DNA from: Oculina patagonica
Taxonomy: Eukaryota
NCBI RefSeq assembly: GCF_052425735.1
Contig: NC_135766.1
Location: 27,342,001-27,406,000 of the forward strand
Length of the DNA stretch: 64,000 nt
Reading direction: 5' to 3'
Of this stretch, positions 41,051 to 54,623 are shown one piece after another. The position numbers and the translations under genes were made by a program. Position 1 is the first letter of the stretch, and each line of letters starts with the position of its first letter. The notes beneath the pieces are model-generated. The model was not told where the DNA came from, made no database searches, and saw nothing but the letters and a program-made list of their open reading frames with translations.

Positions 41051-42604
41051 GATCAGCTTCGGTACACCTTCGTCAAATATACTGCATTCTTGCACGCCAA
41101 GATAAAGTTGTTTTTTCCGTTAGACGATATCGGACAAAAACATAACATTTGTAAATTACCAAAAATAACGCTGAGTTGAAAGAAACGTAAATTACCAAAT
41201 ATAGCTACCACTTGCAAACTTATATATTTTTTTTGCTGACAATTTTGCATGTTAAAAGTTAAGAATTATTATTATTATTATTGATAACTTATTTATAGCA
41301 TTTTGCTGTGAAAACATGGAAAGTTAAAAAATTTATTGGAAAAATTAAAGTGGCCAGTTTCAGGCCCCCAAACTTAACCAGGTGATATTTATGTTGATGT
41401 AATGCAAAACGCTTTTCATTCTTTCTGACAATGCCATATTTCTACGATTAACTGTCCCCTGAAATAATATGTAAAACTCTAGATTCATTCCTGTTGACTT
41501 GGTGTTTATTTGGTAACTAAGGGATAACCTATTTTATTTTGTGGGAGGGGCTGAGGGCTGGGCAATTTTTCTGAGCTCGAATTTTTCTCGGTCTTGAGTT
41601 ATATTTGTGCAAGAATTTTTTTCACTTTTAGCTTGCACAGCTTTACCTTTGGCTTGCTGTGCATGGATTTTTTTCTCTACTTTTGTACTCTTTCACTACT
41701 AATGTATTGCAGGTTAGGCATTTGCAATCCAATTTGTTTCGCTGGCAGATCAGCCAGACTGCCCTTTTCCAAAACAACCCCTGACATGGAACTAGGCTCA
41801 ATGTATCCCAAACCTGACACTCCTGCTTCATAATAACTACAGGCCCTCTTTTTTAATTTTCACAAATCCAATGGACAAAGAGTACATTAATAACTGAATT
41901 GATTACCGGGGCCGCGAGGCACCCGAGGGAGGGAGGGGCGGGAGCGACCGCGGAGAGAAGCAGCCGACGAACGCGGCGAACGGTCGGAGCAGGACAATGA
42001 CAGAGGGCAGACCAAGGGGACAAGAAATGGGTGCAGAACGGGGGCAGAATGGGGGCGCAAGAAAGGGGGCCAAACACACGAAGAGGGGCGACGGAAGGGG
42101 GCGGGGGGGCGCACGAATCATTACGGTACTTGAAATTTAAATCTGTAAGTCAATTTCAAGAATGCATAACTGGCAATCAATGTTTGAATCAAAATTTAGT
42201 TCCAATCATAGCCGCCCAATTTGAAAAAGAGGTGAGAATTTGAATTTGTCTTACTATTTGCTGCATCTAATAAGCGTAAAAACATTACGGTCTCTGATCA
42301 GAAAGTTTAGTTTACTAGAACATTAATTGGCGCTATGTATTCTTGAAATTGACTGACGGATTCAAATATCAAATAGGTTACCAATTCGTTAACATACTCT
42401 TGGGGGGCACGCTTTTTTTGGCACAACTGTAATCATACCTTGGCTACACTTTCTTGTAGCCATAACATAAAAAACTGTCATGCAATGCTTTTCTCCACAA
42501 TTTAATATCTCCCAAAACCATGGCCCACAAACACACACACACAAAATACAGTGCCTGTTCTCAAGAAAAAAAATTTTTATTTCACATTCATTACAGCACT
42601 TTTT

Positions 42605-45600
42605 TTATGATTGTTGTGGCTGAGTAGCCTGATGTTCTGTAGGCATGGAGCGAATTATGTCCGAGTCACCAGGATCAGTGATACTGAGGACTGACACACG
42701 GAAGTACTTGCCGCAAGCTGTTCCAAGTTCAATGTTGTTGCCGGTGTAATGATGGACTCCAGTCTTGGCCAACATGGCATAGTACTCAATCTCACTTTTC
42801 CTGTAAACAAAAACATGGAAAATTATAGCAATGTCATGCTATCCTTTATAGCTCATTGGTAATGTACATTTGTGACCTAGCCATTACATCATTACTTCTT
42901 TATTTATTTAATTGAAAAAAAAAAAGCAAGCAAGAACTTCAATTCAGCATTTCCTTAAGCCCAATCCTGTCAGGCAAGATGCTCCAAAGGATGTTAATCC
43001 AAAAACCTGCCAGAAATCAACAACATTTTTCCTCTTTAAGAGCAGCATGTACACAATGTGTACACCTAAAAAGTTTTTAGACAACCTTACACAAAACAGC
43101 TGTTTGTGCGTGCAAAACGTTAGAGGTTTACATTAAGGTTTAGCAATGAGTCACTTGAATTCCAAAAGACAAGAGATAAAGATTGCGGGTGATTCACTGA
43201 AGAAAAGTTTTGAATTTTAAAGGTACTTAATGAACCCATGTTTAAAAGGGCAGCAAAATGAATGCAAATGGCAATTTCTAACCAGTTACAGGGCAGTAAA
43301 TAAGGTATTGTCGCCAGTCTTGTAAGCAGATTGACTTGTTATTACCTGAGCTGGGGAGTGTTATTTGAGATTATAACAAGCTTTGCCTTGCCCTGTCGAA
43401 GTGTCTTGAGAGTGGACTTGTATCCTAACGTGAACTTTCCACTCTTCATCACAAGAGCAAGACGAGAGTTAATACTCTCCATTGCCTTTTTCTACAAAAG
43501 AAAACATACAAGATTAAATTACCAGTTTGCTGACAACTGATTAGAGTTTTCTACAGCAAAAACTAGTACACTGTTACAGATGATTTCAGTTTACTTTGGC
43601 CGCCCGCTTTGCGAAGTTCGTGGGAAATTAGAACCTTTGTTACAAGTTGCCAATTATGTTGCGAAGTTTGCGAATCAAATTGCGAACTTCGATATAAAGT
43701 TCCCAACTTTGGCCCGACTGAACTTTCCAAGTTTGGTAGTTGAGAAGAAACAAGACATGTTGCTTGAAAGTCATGGCGATATCCAAACTCGATGATTTTT
43801 GAACTGGTCAAGGAAAGTTGAAGTAGCTTGAAGTGTAAGACAACGTTTTGCATCAGCGATCACGCAAGTGATTTGCGGATAAATAAATTTTATGCATGCA
43901 GAAATTTGGTGAAATTTTAACTTTTTTTGTATAAAAATACACATTTAACGATTTCTGTGAGGCATCGTCATCAATTTCAAGTCTTCTGCGTTTGTAAGCC
44001 GAATAAACCTAGATGGTTTACCCATATGTAAAATTGATTTTAATAGAAGCCGACGCGATGCGACAGAGAAGACTAGACAATATGTTTACGGCTCGCTGAA
44101 CATAAAAGTTTTCGAACCTTCTTTACTTTTATTTTTATGACATTTGTTTCTAACAGTTTAGCGTAGCAAAGCCCTTTTTGATAACATAATTACAGAAGGT
44201 TTTAATAAATTCGGGCTGAAGTTGGGAACTTTGTATCGAAGTTCGCAGTTTGATTCGCAAATGTCACAATGTAATTGGCAACTTCGTAACAAAGTTTCCA
44301 ATTTCCCAACAAACTTCGCAAAGTGGGCGGCCAAAGTAAACTGAAATCAACTGTAAGACCATAATTCCTGGAACAACAGGATTAACTACAATTGCAAAAG
44401 TTGTTATTCTGAGTACAAACAAATAGCACACCTTTGCGGCACGTGACTTTTGTAGTACACGATGGTTGTGCCAAGCAAAAATTTTGCGCAAAACTCTCAT
44501 TATTGAACATTTCTTAGGTTGTGATTGACACAGAGTTTTCTTAAGTCTGGTTCTCATATGATTGCCCTGATCGTTTCTATCATATTGATCATTTGCAAAT
44601 ACTGAGGCGATCGTAGGTGATCAAAGCNNNNNNNNNNNNNNNNNNNNNNNNNNNNNNNNNNNNNNNNNNNNNNNNNNNNNNNNNNNNNNNNNNNNNNNNN
44701 NNNNNNNNNNNNNNNNNNNNNNNNNNNNNNNNNNNNNNNNNNNNNNNNNNNNNNNNACGATCGCCTGGTATGAGCGAAGACCTACCAAAAACAATCATTT
44801 TAGCCCTAGATCCAAAACAATGACAGCCTTCAATGAAAGAGCAAAACTTGTGGCCTCATATATTTTCTGTTATTACAGTTGTATGGCAAGGAAGGGTTAG
44901 AGAAGCTAGAAGGATAGAACGAGGGTGATCCAAGTGATCCAATCGCCACAGACGTCACTGTGCGCTTGTGTAATGTTGTCATATAATCTCCCCGATTGCA
45001 AGAAAGACAAAGACAAAGGTGATAGAAACGATCAGGGTGATTATATGAGAACCAGCCTTTGAGAATGTGCTAACAATTTTCTCGTACAAGACATTATATT
45101 AAACACTACTGTCACATATTGATGTGTCAAATTGCAAGGAAACAGGAAAGGAATATGAGGAATGGAATAAATATATAATTTGTCACATTTAACGTTTGAC
45201 AAACTTTTAAACATGTGAGTAGTAAGCATATTTCAAAGCTAAATACAGTCAACTCTCTCATAATGGACACCTCTATAAGACGGACACCTTCATAAGACGG
45301 ACACCTGGTGATGGTCCCTGCTGTTTTTCAGTCATTTTACTGTAACCAAACTCCCTATAAGACGGACACCTCTCTTAGACGGACAACGGACACTTTGAAA
45401 TAATCAACGGACACTTAAGAAGTGTTTTTTTTTATCATGTTATATCGCTAAAGCAAAGTTAGTCAGTGCCCAAAGAATACGTGTATACCAAGCTAACTAA
45501 CCAAAAACAACAAAGCTTCCCTGCTTACGTGAAGCAGTGAATTATCGATTGTAAAGAAAAACGAGTCAATTTTCTGATACTATTGATGTCCCAGTTTGTA

Positions 45601-46015
45601 GGTTTTGTTAAAGAAAGCGACTTTAAACAGACTTAAAACAGACGTGTATTCATTGTGCATAGCCGTTTAGCTTTATTATCTCAAAATTACTGGTGTCATG
45701 TTACCTCGACTCTCTACAAGACGGACACCTCTCTAAGACGGACAGTTGAAGCCGGTCCCGAAGGTGTCCGTCTTAGAGAGAGTTGACTGTATTACTAGCT
45801 CCCGTGTTTATGTTTTACTATATCCCAGTCAATTTTAAACCATACAATAATTACTCATCAAGCCATCATACAAGCTTTCTCCTTACAACCCGACATTTAG
45901 AAATGCCAGAAATAAATTATGCAGCCTGCTGAAGATCTGAGAGTAATAATTGTAGAGTTCAGCTAAAATGCACGTGTATCCAAAACCGACATACCTGTTT
46001 TTTCGAGGACACCAT
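42605..46015 (-). CDS. RPL30: 60S ribosomal protein L30 (eL30, 120 aa); exons 46015-45995, 43491-43346, 42800-42605
   Basis: MVSSKKQ|[49 protein letters not shown]|[35 protein letters not shown]...DPGDSDII. Missed by the ORF track. Confidence 0.97.
43577..44353. mobile_element. Non-autonomous Tc1/mariner-type element with long (about 130-bp) TIRs and TA TSD in RPL30 intron
   Basis: TA|CAGATGATTTCAGTTTACTTTGGCCGCCC...GGGCGGCCAAAGTAAACTGAAATCAACTG|TA. Confidence 0.85.
44545..45057. mobile_element. MITE (PIF/Harbinger-like termini) spanning the assembly gap
   Basis: CTGGTTCTCATATGATTGCCCTGATCGTTTCTATC pairs with GATAGAAACGATCAGGGTGATTATATGAGAACCAG. Confidence 0.7.
44628..44756. other. Assembly gap (129 N)
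   Basis: Run of N. Confidence 1.
45246..45789. mobile_element. Tc1/mariner-type MITE (CAGTCAACTCTCT TIR, TA TSD); relatives at 55667-55832 and about 55040-55208
   Basis: TIRs plus internal TAAGACGGACACC repeats. Confidence 0.85.
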
Positions 46016-46329
46016 TTTTGCTGTTTGACCGCCTGTGATCAATACAAGAACAAATCAGTAACAAAATCAATTAAAGAGTAAACTAATTATCGCATAATTT
46101 TGTCTTTACGAGCCGTTGTTTTATAGATATACCTAAAACAATTCTTAATTTCCACTTGGAAACTCGCTCAAGGCAGCCACGATGGTGAAAGAGAACGGGT
46201 ATCCCATAATTCCCTGCTCAAGTACCCGTATCTTGGGTTGTTGCGCAGGCGCGAAATTTTGCGCGAAATTTCAAAATGGCGCCCTCCACGAAACAAATTT
46301 CGTTTACAACAAAATTATAAAACTTGGAC
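46016..46329. promoter_or_regulatory. Bidirectional promoter and 5' UTRs shared by RPL30 and TUBE1
   Basis: Start codons are 314 bp apart head-to-head. Minus-strand TOP-like TTCTCTTTC near 46186-46195; TCCCATAATTCCC (ZNF143-like), TGCGCAGGCGC (NRF1-like) and AAAATGGCG (YY1-like). Confidence 0.65.
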
Positions 46330-49300
46330 ATGACTCAGTCAATTGTAGTTCAAGGTAATCTACTAGTATTTTTAGCAGAATGTCGATTGATTATGTTACT
46401 CGATAATCATGTATTCATTTTTCTTCCCTCCTTTTGAAAAATTAACCTGATGTTCCAGTTGGACAATGTGGAAATCAAGTAAGATGTGGTTTGTTGTTGC
46501 TTGATTTGTACACCTTTATAATTGAAATTTGAACAAAAATTGTGTTGAAGTCAAGCTAGTCCCTGGAAACAAATTTCTTAAAACAAAATGTGAAATAAGA
46601 ACATTTCTCCTCGTAATTTAAAAGGGAATGGGGAAGAAATGATGTGGAATATCTGTCATTTATATTTTCTGTGGGCCATTCCATTGTATATCCCTACCCC
46701 CTATTGATGAGGTAAGTCAAAATTGACCCCTTAGGCCTAAGAAAAAAAGATCAGAGTGCCGACATGATACCCAACCTCGTCCCCAGGGCTATCCGCATTT
46801 TGCCCCTGACGAATCTGTTTGTTGGGGGCACCACGCAGACAGTCCTGGGGACGAGGTTGACATGATACCCCCCAGAAGTAACCCAAAATCAAAATCAGAA
46901 TCCCTTCAGAAAAAAGCGAACTTTTGCTTAACCCTTTCAGAAAATTATATTTGAATGGTCAAAAAAAGCCTTCAGGGTTACCCCCTCAGCAATGACTTTT
47001 AAAGCCTTTTCAGAAAATCTCATCTATAGGGAGGGAGGGGGGGGGGGGTGGATATAAAATGGCAATAGTCATTCAGTGCGCAGTGACCTGGGGAGTGAGG
47101 GGAGGTGACCGAGCACCTCCCTGGCAACTAGAACTTAGAACAACATGAAACACAACAAAAACAGTGAGGCGACAAAACAAGGTCACCTCAGCCCACCCCA
47201 GGCCAGGCCGAGCAGACAACTGTAAAATGGCCTATTATGGCCCTGCAGAACATCTGGACTCAGAACAGTGGTGGATTTAGGAAATAGGGATCAAAAAAAT
47301 TTTGGCCTCTCCCTCTCCCCACTTCCTTGTGAGTCAGAAGGAAGCCACCAACACCTCCCCATCAGGAGGGGATTAACGTCTTGTCTTATTGATTAAAGGT
47401 TGAAGTCTTGTTTCCTTGGAGAAGGGGTGGGGATCACTGGTTCTCTTTGTGTACTCTTCTTCCATGTCTTCTTAACTTTTATGTCGATGTTTTAAAAACA
47501 GATTGGATGCCGGTTCTGGGATTTGGCTTTGAGAGAGCATGCCAGCACAAATAAGGTAACAGCTACTAAGTCCTGTTATGTTATGTGATCTGCAATAATA
47601 CTGGATTAAGTCCTTAAGTGTACATTGTAATCATTTAGTTTGTAGTTTAGTTGTAGGCTTTTAAGTGCTGCTTCCCTTGTAAGCTTGTTAAGACAGACAG
47701 ATTTTCCCCTCAAAAGGCAGAATTGAATTCCTTTCTTCCTTTTCAAATTATGCTACTAATTTTACAATAATATTCTTTTTAGAAATCTAAGCTTTGTTTC
47801 TACTTTGGTCTTTGTTAGGTATTTAAGTTAGAGCAAACATTGAGGTGATTTTCAATACCCACAGTACCAGATAAAAATAATATGTAGATTAGATCAAAAC
47901 TAATTCTAGTATAATAAAACCTACTATTAACCTGTATTTCTATTCTAGCATGGGATATTTGATGAATCTCTCAGTAGCTTCTTCCGTAATGTTGATACAA
48001 GGTATGCAATAAACAAACTAGGTTGTCCACTTCTTTTCAATACATTAAAGTTGCCTTTTCATGCAGATTGGTGTTTTTTACTTCATCAATATCCTTAGTG
48101 ATGATTTTCTTTATTCTACTAATGATTGTACAAATTTTAGTTTTGATAACTAGACATTATTTGAAATATCTTTTTGTTTGTTTTTTTCTCAGATACAAGA
48201 ATCCAGTTGATATTCCCTTAGGAAATGTGAAGCAAAGGATCAAATCCTTAAAAGCTAGGGTAAGCAGCCATTTTTATTGTTTCTGTTAGTGTACTAAAAT
48301 ACTACTTAGGTGTGAAATGGAAATGTCACATAATTTTAACTTATTAATAAAAATGTTTAGGGTAATAAAATGTAACACCTTTTTCTTTCAATACATCAGG
48401 CAGTCGTCATAGATATGGAGGAAGGTGTTGTTAATGAGATCCTTAAAGGGCCTTTACGAGATGTATTTGACTGCCAGCAGTTAATAACTGACGTGTCTGG
48501 ATCAGGCAATAACTGGTAAGCTGTCAATCGTCTTATAAACTGAACACAATTTACATTTTAAGCTACTAAAAAACTATCAAGGTTGTAAAATATTGACAAC
48601 TGCTATACTGCAGTACTACCAGAACTAAGACAATCTAGTATTCCCAAGGGGGGGTACTCCAGTTTGTAAATGACGGGGATGATCGAAGGATTTTTTTGGG
48701 GTTGTTTTTATAGGTTGGAAAATTTGGCAAGTATTTTTTGGGTGACTTGATTTAAATAGGAGATTTTTTTGGGTATTAAAAACGAACTTAAGTGCCTTGG
48801 CGTATTTATGGCATGATGAATAAGCAAACACGAGCGTTCAATTTTTTATGGTTTTCTTTGTGTTATATTATTGCCCCTCCTGGCAATTTAAGGGTAATTT
48901 GACAAGGGATTTATTTGGGGGTTATTTTTGGTCCAGGGATTTTTTTGGGTAATGTTGGAAGACTTAGGGATTTTTTTGGTCCTGGGTTTTGCCTCCATTG
49001 AATCATCCCCGTCATTTACAATCCGGAGTACCCCCCCCCCCCCGTGCTAGTATTAGTAAGAGTGTACACAAGTACAGTAAAATCCTGATAACTCAAACCT
49101 TCAAGCAAAATTGGAAAAGGTTCAAGTTATCAGGGTTTGAGTCCTCAAGGATAAAATTACCGGTAGTAAGAAAATGACCTGAAGTGGAATTAAAAAAGGT
49201 TTGAGTCAGCAGGTTGTTCGAGTCATATTTGAGGGTTTGAGTTCTCAGGATTCAACTGTAGAACTCAAAACTACAAACTCCTTATAAGCGTCATCAGTGG

Positions 49301-52300
49301 TAGATCTATAGGAGGGACTCATTTTTGTTTAGAAATACTAGGCATGAAGCCTAGCTGAAAATCCCCTCCTTGAGCACATCTGGATCTGCTGCTTCTGGTG
49401 TCCTCATGGAGTTAAACTATTTTACACAGGGCAACAGGGTTCATGATGTATGGACAGCAGTATAGAGAACAGATCAGTGAAGTCATCAGACATGCTGCTG
49501 AACTCTGTGACTGCCTGCAGTGTTTCTTTCTAATCCACTCAATGGGCGGAGGTGAGTTTTAACATGTGTGGGAGGCTTGTTACATGTACTGTAGCATACT
49601 CATTAACAAACCTGCTGAGACAATCAAGAATAAACTGTCCCACAAAAGGACATACACCACTACACAGAGGCAATAAACAGGGCCTGAACTACAAATCCAT
49701 ACTAACCACTGACGCAAAATAACATAAGAATGAGAGATATATGGCATATATGTTGCCTTTCTTTTAACACAAGATTATGATTTCACAGTGAAGTAGAGTG
49801 ACTGCATAATTTTATTTTAGAGCAGTTTTCAATTGAGTGACAAACAAATTAAAGTAATTTGCATTTGCTTCAAATGGTTTTGCATAACTACGCTAAGTGA
49901 TTGGCTTACAAATCTTGTAGTACTTTATCAACCAATCGGAAGTAAAACTAAAAACCAATTACAGTGACTTGCACAGGCACGTCTTCCCATGCTTGTGTTG
50001 GCTACAACTTGTATTTCTTTTGAGTTTTGATTGGTTCACTGTATTGTTTGTACCTTTTGTGATTGGCCAGTGAGTGATTACTTTGGTTTGGGTTTTACGA
50101 CACTCAACTGAAAACCGCCCTGACTCATACTCATTTCACAATGTGATTACTATTCTTATTTTCCAAGGTACTGGTTCTGGTTTGGGTACATCAGTGTTGA
50201 ACCTGCTTGCAGATGAATATCCTGATGTATATCGCTTCACTACAGCAGTCTACCCATCAGCTGACGATGATGTCATTACATCACCTTATAACAGGTAACT
50301 TGGCTACATCAGGGTCGTACCCTTTTTCACAAACAATTTTCCAGGACTTTTAGAGGACTCAGATTGATTTTATCAGGACTCCAAAATTCACATTAACCCT
50401 TTCACTCCCAAGATCGCAATATTATTTCTCTTTCCTGTCTGTCATACATTTCTTATAAATTATGTTAGTTCTGAGAATTCAGTTGTCACTTGAGTTTTGT
50501 TTTAACTTGACGAATTTTTAATGAGTTTGAGAAGTCATAGTCTTGACTAACCATTTCGTCTCAGCTTACTGCTCTGAGTGTTTACTTAAACCTGCTCCAG
50601 TTGTTTGAAGGAGGTTTAACGTGAATTTATGGTTACAAGTTGTCAAAAGTATAACAGGATAGAAAATCAATGTTCTGCATCAAAGTCACTGAATATTCAC
50701 CGAGTGAGTAATAATTTACTGACTAGTTATATATGGTACTTTCAGTGTCCTTGCTATGCATCAGCTGACAGAACATGCAGACTGTGTTCTACCAATAGAA
50801 AACCAGGTATGTTTTCAACAAATCATAAAAATGTCCTCACTTATAATACACAAAGTAAGCCATAAAACTTCTTCTTTCTGCTTGTAAGATGAAATGAGAT
50901 TTTTGGCTGTTCGGGTAGAAATTATTTATTTTGTAGACTACAATCTTGGACAAAACTAGTTGAAACAACTGCATTTAATGGATTTTTCACCAATGTCCCG
51001 ACCTGCAAGCGGGTTAAAATATTTTATCCCCCTCTCCCCCTACTCAATATGTTGTTTCTTGAGATTTGTGGTTCGACAGGCTTTGTTTTGAAAACACTTA
51101 GCATTAACAACATTGAAATGGGGGAGGGGTATTGCAAAACTGAACTCTGTTAGCTAATTTAGTGGAAATTTGCTACGTGTTTCAACAGTTTTGTTCAAGA
51201 TTGTAGCTCATTTGTCACCGTGTAAGTAAATCGATCATGGATAGCGCAGTGGTGAGAGCACTTGCCTCCCACCAATGTGGCCCGGTTTTGATTTCTGGAT
51301 CCGGCATCATATGTGGGTTGAGTTTGTTGTTGGTTCTCGCCTTGGTCCAAGGGTTGTTCTCTGGGTTCTCTGGTTTTCCTCCCTCATGAAAAACCAACAT
51401 TTTCAAAATTCTAGTTCAACCTGGATAGAGGACCCGCATGAAAACCAGCTAGAGCTGATGTGGCTTCCTCTCTAAATATATAATATTTAAATTTTTTAAT
51501 TAGGCTTTAGTGGACATCTGTAACAAAGTTTCAAGTGCCTTACCACCATCTAAGTCTGGTAAAAAGGTGTTCTCGTCAAGCAGCCAATCACATGTAAACG
51601 CCAGCAGTGCTGTTACATCAGGAGAGGGTGGTGTCGACAAAGGTCCAGAAAAGCCATTTGACAACATGAACAACATTGCAGCTAACCTTATTTTAAACAT
51701 GACAAGCTCGGCAAGATTTGAAGGTTCCTTAAATGTGGATTTAAATGAAATCACAATGAATTTGGTGCCGTTTCCCAAGATCCATTATCTCGTGTCCAGC
51801 CTGACGCCACTCTACAGTCTAACTGATGTTAATCTTCCTCCTCGAAGGCTGGATCAAATGTTCTCAGACGCTTTCTCAAAAGACCACCAACTCATAAAAG
51901 CTGATCCAAAACACAGCTTGTATCTGGCGTGTGCTTTGATGTTAAGAGGAAATGTTGAAATTTCTGACATAAGAAGGAACATTGAAAGACTAAAACCTTC
52001 ACTTCATTTTATACATTGGAATCAAGAAGGTTGGAAGACTGGATTGTGTTCTGTACCCCCGGTGGGTCATCCATATTCACTTTTAGCCCTTGCAAATAAC
52101 ACTTGTATTAGACACACATTTCAGGATCTCAAGGACCGCTTTATGAAGCTTTACAAGCGCAAGGCTCATGTCCACCATTACACTCATGTGGATGGTATGG
52201 AAGCGTCTCAGTTTGATATCAGTATTGAGTCACTAAACTCTCTGATTAGCGAGTACAACACACTTGAGGCACACATGGGTAGGGTTGTGGATGACATTCA

Positions 52301-52319
52301 AAGGTTAACAATTGCATGA
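46330..52319 (+). CDS. TUBE1: Epsilon-tubulin (486 aa); exons 46330-46354, 46459-46478, 47502-47555, 47949-48001, 48193-48259, 48400-48515, 49430-49551, 50168-50294, 50746-50806, 51504-52319
   Basis: MTQSIVVQVGQCGNQIGCRFWDLALREH, LKARAVVIDMEEGVV, GSGNNWA, HSMGGGTGSGLG, SARFEGSLNVDLNEITMNLVPFP. Exon sum 1461 nt, in frame. Confidence 0.96.
51238..51485 (+). mobile_element. tRNA-derived SINE (second family) in TUBE1 intron 9
   Basis: Head TAGCGCAGTGGTGAGAGCACTTGCCTCCCACCAATGTGGCCCGG with a degenerate B box. Confidence 0.7.
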
Positions 52320-52750
52320 GAACATGATTATAAAGTGTTACAGAACTGCTCAAGGTCATACACATTCAAGACTGATATACAAAAAATTTGAAGACTGAAA
52401 AGGATTATCTTGTTGTAGAATTCTGTATATAAATCTCCCAGCAATGCTAATAGAAAATTTCAGTCACTGTGTTTAAATAGAGTCTATATAGAGCGGTTTT
52501 CACTTGAGTGTTTTAGTGTTTTAGGCTTAGTGATTGGCTTAAAAATCTCGCGCCATTTTCTCAGCCAATCAGGAGTAAAACCAAAACCAATCGTGATGCG
52601 CTCGCGCACGTTTCTTCCGCGTTTTGTACCAGCTACATGTATTTGCTTCGAGTTTTGATTGGTTAACTGGATTGTCTGCGTCCTTTGTGATTGGCCGGAG
52701 TAATTACTTTGGTTTTGGTTTTACGACACTCAATTGAAACCTGCTCTAAA

Positions 52751-53968
52751 TGGGAGGCACTGTGGCCTTATGGTTAGTGAGTTGGACTCTGGATTGAGTG
52801 GTCTGGGTTCGAGCCCTGGCCGGGGTCACCGTGTTATGTTTTTGGGCAAGACACTTCACTCTCATATAGTGCCTTTCTTCACAGAGGCGTACCTATTAAT
52901 GGGTACTGGCAAATTTAACGCTGGCGGGTAACCTTACGATGGACTAGCATTCCATCCAGGGGGAGTAGAAATACTCCTGTCATGCTACAGAAACCGATTT
53001 AAGGTCGCGGGGGACACCTTAGGTTCATCATTATGTATTTATTAAAAGCGTATGCACGACGTACAACGACTGACATCGACAACTTTACGAGATATTTATG
53101 ACTGAATAAAAATATGGGCGCGTGCGCGTGATTTGAGAAATATCCCTGTTTGTTTGATATTTTAACCAATTTAAAGCGTTGCATTTTACGTTGTATAATA
53201 GGAGGTCTATGAGTTAGTTTTCTTTCAGATTTGAATATTTCTGCAACTCAAAGTAATCACAATAATATTCGGCATAAACAATCGTGTCCTTTCTAAAAAC
53301 GCATTGTTCTCACCATAAAAGCGTGCGTGAATATAATTACCATACAATTACATCTCTGATCGTGTTTTGGTCGGGACACCTTCGGAAATTTCAAAGTTTG
53401 GACTTTTCCGACAATTTTGTGGCAGAGAATACAGCGCGGATACAAAACTTCATTACTTGTCACTGCAGATAGGTAAACTATGAATTCTGTAGTGTGTCAT
53501 AACAGAAGCGGAATTTTAAAAGAGCGGTTTTAGTAAGAGGTAGAAGGCATTAAATTCAAATTTGCTCATTTAAACCTCCATAACTTCCTGGCAAACTTTA
53601 AATTAAAAAATCCGCTTCTGTTATGACACACTAGAGGTATTGACTGATTGGTCTTTGACAAGATCACAGTGTGCTGTCTCATACTCGTTCCGCAAACTCT
53701 GCCACAAAATCATGTTCTTCCCAATTTGGCAGTAACGTGGCTATAACATCGCTGTTAAGTGCAATCTGCCAAATAAAAGATTACATTCATAATCGTTCAT
53801 CATTTCTTTATGTCTCTGTAAAATTTGAGCTAAATCGCACCCATAACAGCCGAGAAATAAGCGTTTTAAAAGATGCAGGTCAAGCAAAATTTCGCTTCAT
53901 GAATTTATTCATGCATAGGTATCCCCCGCGACCTTAAGCTTCAGACTGTATGGGCCACTAGGCTTGAC
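52751..53968 (+). mobile_element. CORE-like SINE interrupted near its 3' end by a TTAA-specific transposon
   Basis: The SINE body 52751-52998 resumes after 53937 (GCTTCAGACTGTATGGGCCACT). Confidence 0.75.
53003..53933. mobile_element. Non-autonomous TTAA-TSD DNA transposon, Kolobok-like (GG...CC termini)
   Basis: TTAA|GGTCGCGGGGGACACC ... GGTATCCCCCGCGACC|TTAA; internal inverted repeat at 53490-53520 / 53603-53633. Confidence 0.8.
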
Positions 53969-54161
53969 ACTGACTTTAGATCTCGCACTTTCTTACTGGG
54001 GAAAAAGGATCATTTCAGACATAATTCTTACACCTTGTATGGGTTTTACATTTTCTCAACAATAGATCACTGCAAAAATTATGGGCACAGTTGATGAACA
54101 ATGATAACACTATCCACAGACTGCCTGGATAAATCACTATCCAGTGCATAGTTTGTTAACT

Positions 54162-54463
54162 ATGGGTGGCGCGGTGGCCTAATGGTTAGCGTGCCGGACT
54201 CCAGAGCGAGCGTTCCGGGTTCGAGCCCTGGCCGGGGTCACTGTGTTGTGTTCTTGGGCAAGACACTTTACTCTCATAGTGCCTCTCTCCACCCAGGTGT
54301 ATAAATGGGTACCGGCGAAATAATGCTGGGGGGTTCCCTGCGATGGACTAGCATCCCATCCAGGGGGGAGTAGAAATACTCCTAGCTGCTTAATGCTAAG
54401 GAAACCGGGATAAGCTCCGGCAGTATGCGCCACTTGGCTCGAAGCTGACCTTTTTTTTTTTTT
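54162..54463 (+). mobile_element. Young, full-length tRNA-derived CORE-like SINE with T-rich tail and 20-bp TSD
   Basis: A box TGGCCTAATGG, B box GGGTTCGAGCCC, MIR-CORE-like TGTGTTCTTGGGCAAGACACTT...AAATGGG. TSD CAGTGCATAGTTTGTTAACT at 54142-54161 and 54464-54483. Confidence 0.9.
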
Positions 54464-54623
54464 CAGTGCATAGTTTGTTAACTGGATGGTGATTTTCCAG
54501 TAGATAGCATAATTTATCCACCTTTTCAAAAACGATTGAAAATAAACCAAGAACCACACCATGAACTGTTTTTGTTGTATGTTTTATTTTAACTTTTTCT
54601 TATGCTGCGATAACAGTGTCCTC

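Noticed and set aside
41853-42243. Overlapping Pro/Gly/Arg-rich ORFs
   Set aside because: They arise from a purine/GC-skewed low-complexity repeat and have no recognisable domain or splice partners.
43054-43199. H/ACA snoRNA in RPL30 intron (two hairpins ending in ACA-TTG on the minus strand)
   Set aside because: No ANANNA H box in the hinge; too weak to call without covariance data.
44589-44823. ORFs containing X runs
   Set aside because: Artefacts of the N gap.
46160-46172. GC-AG 5' UTR intron in RPL30 (GCGAGT donor)
   Set aside because: Nearby GT donors are equally possible; needs transcript evidence.
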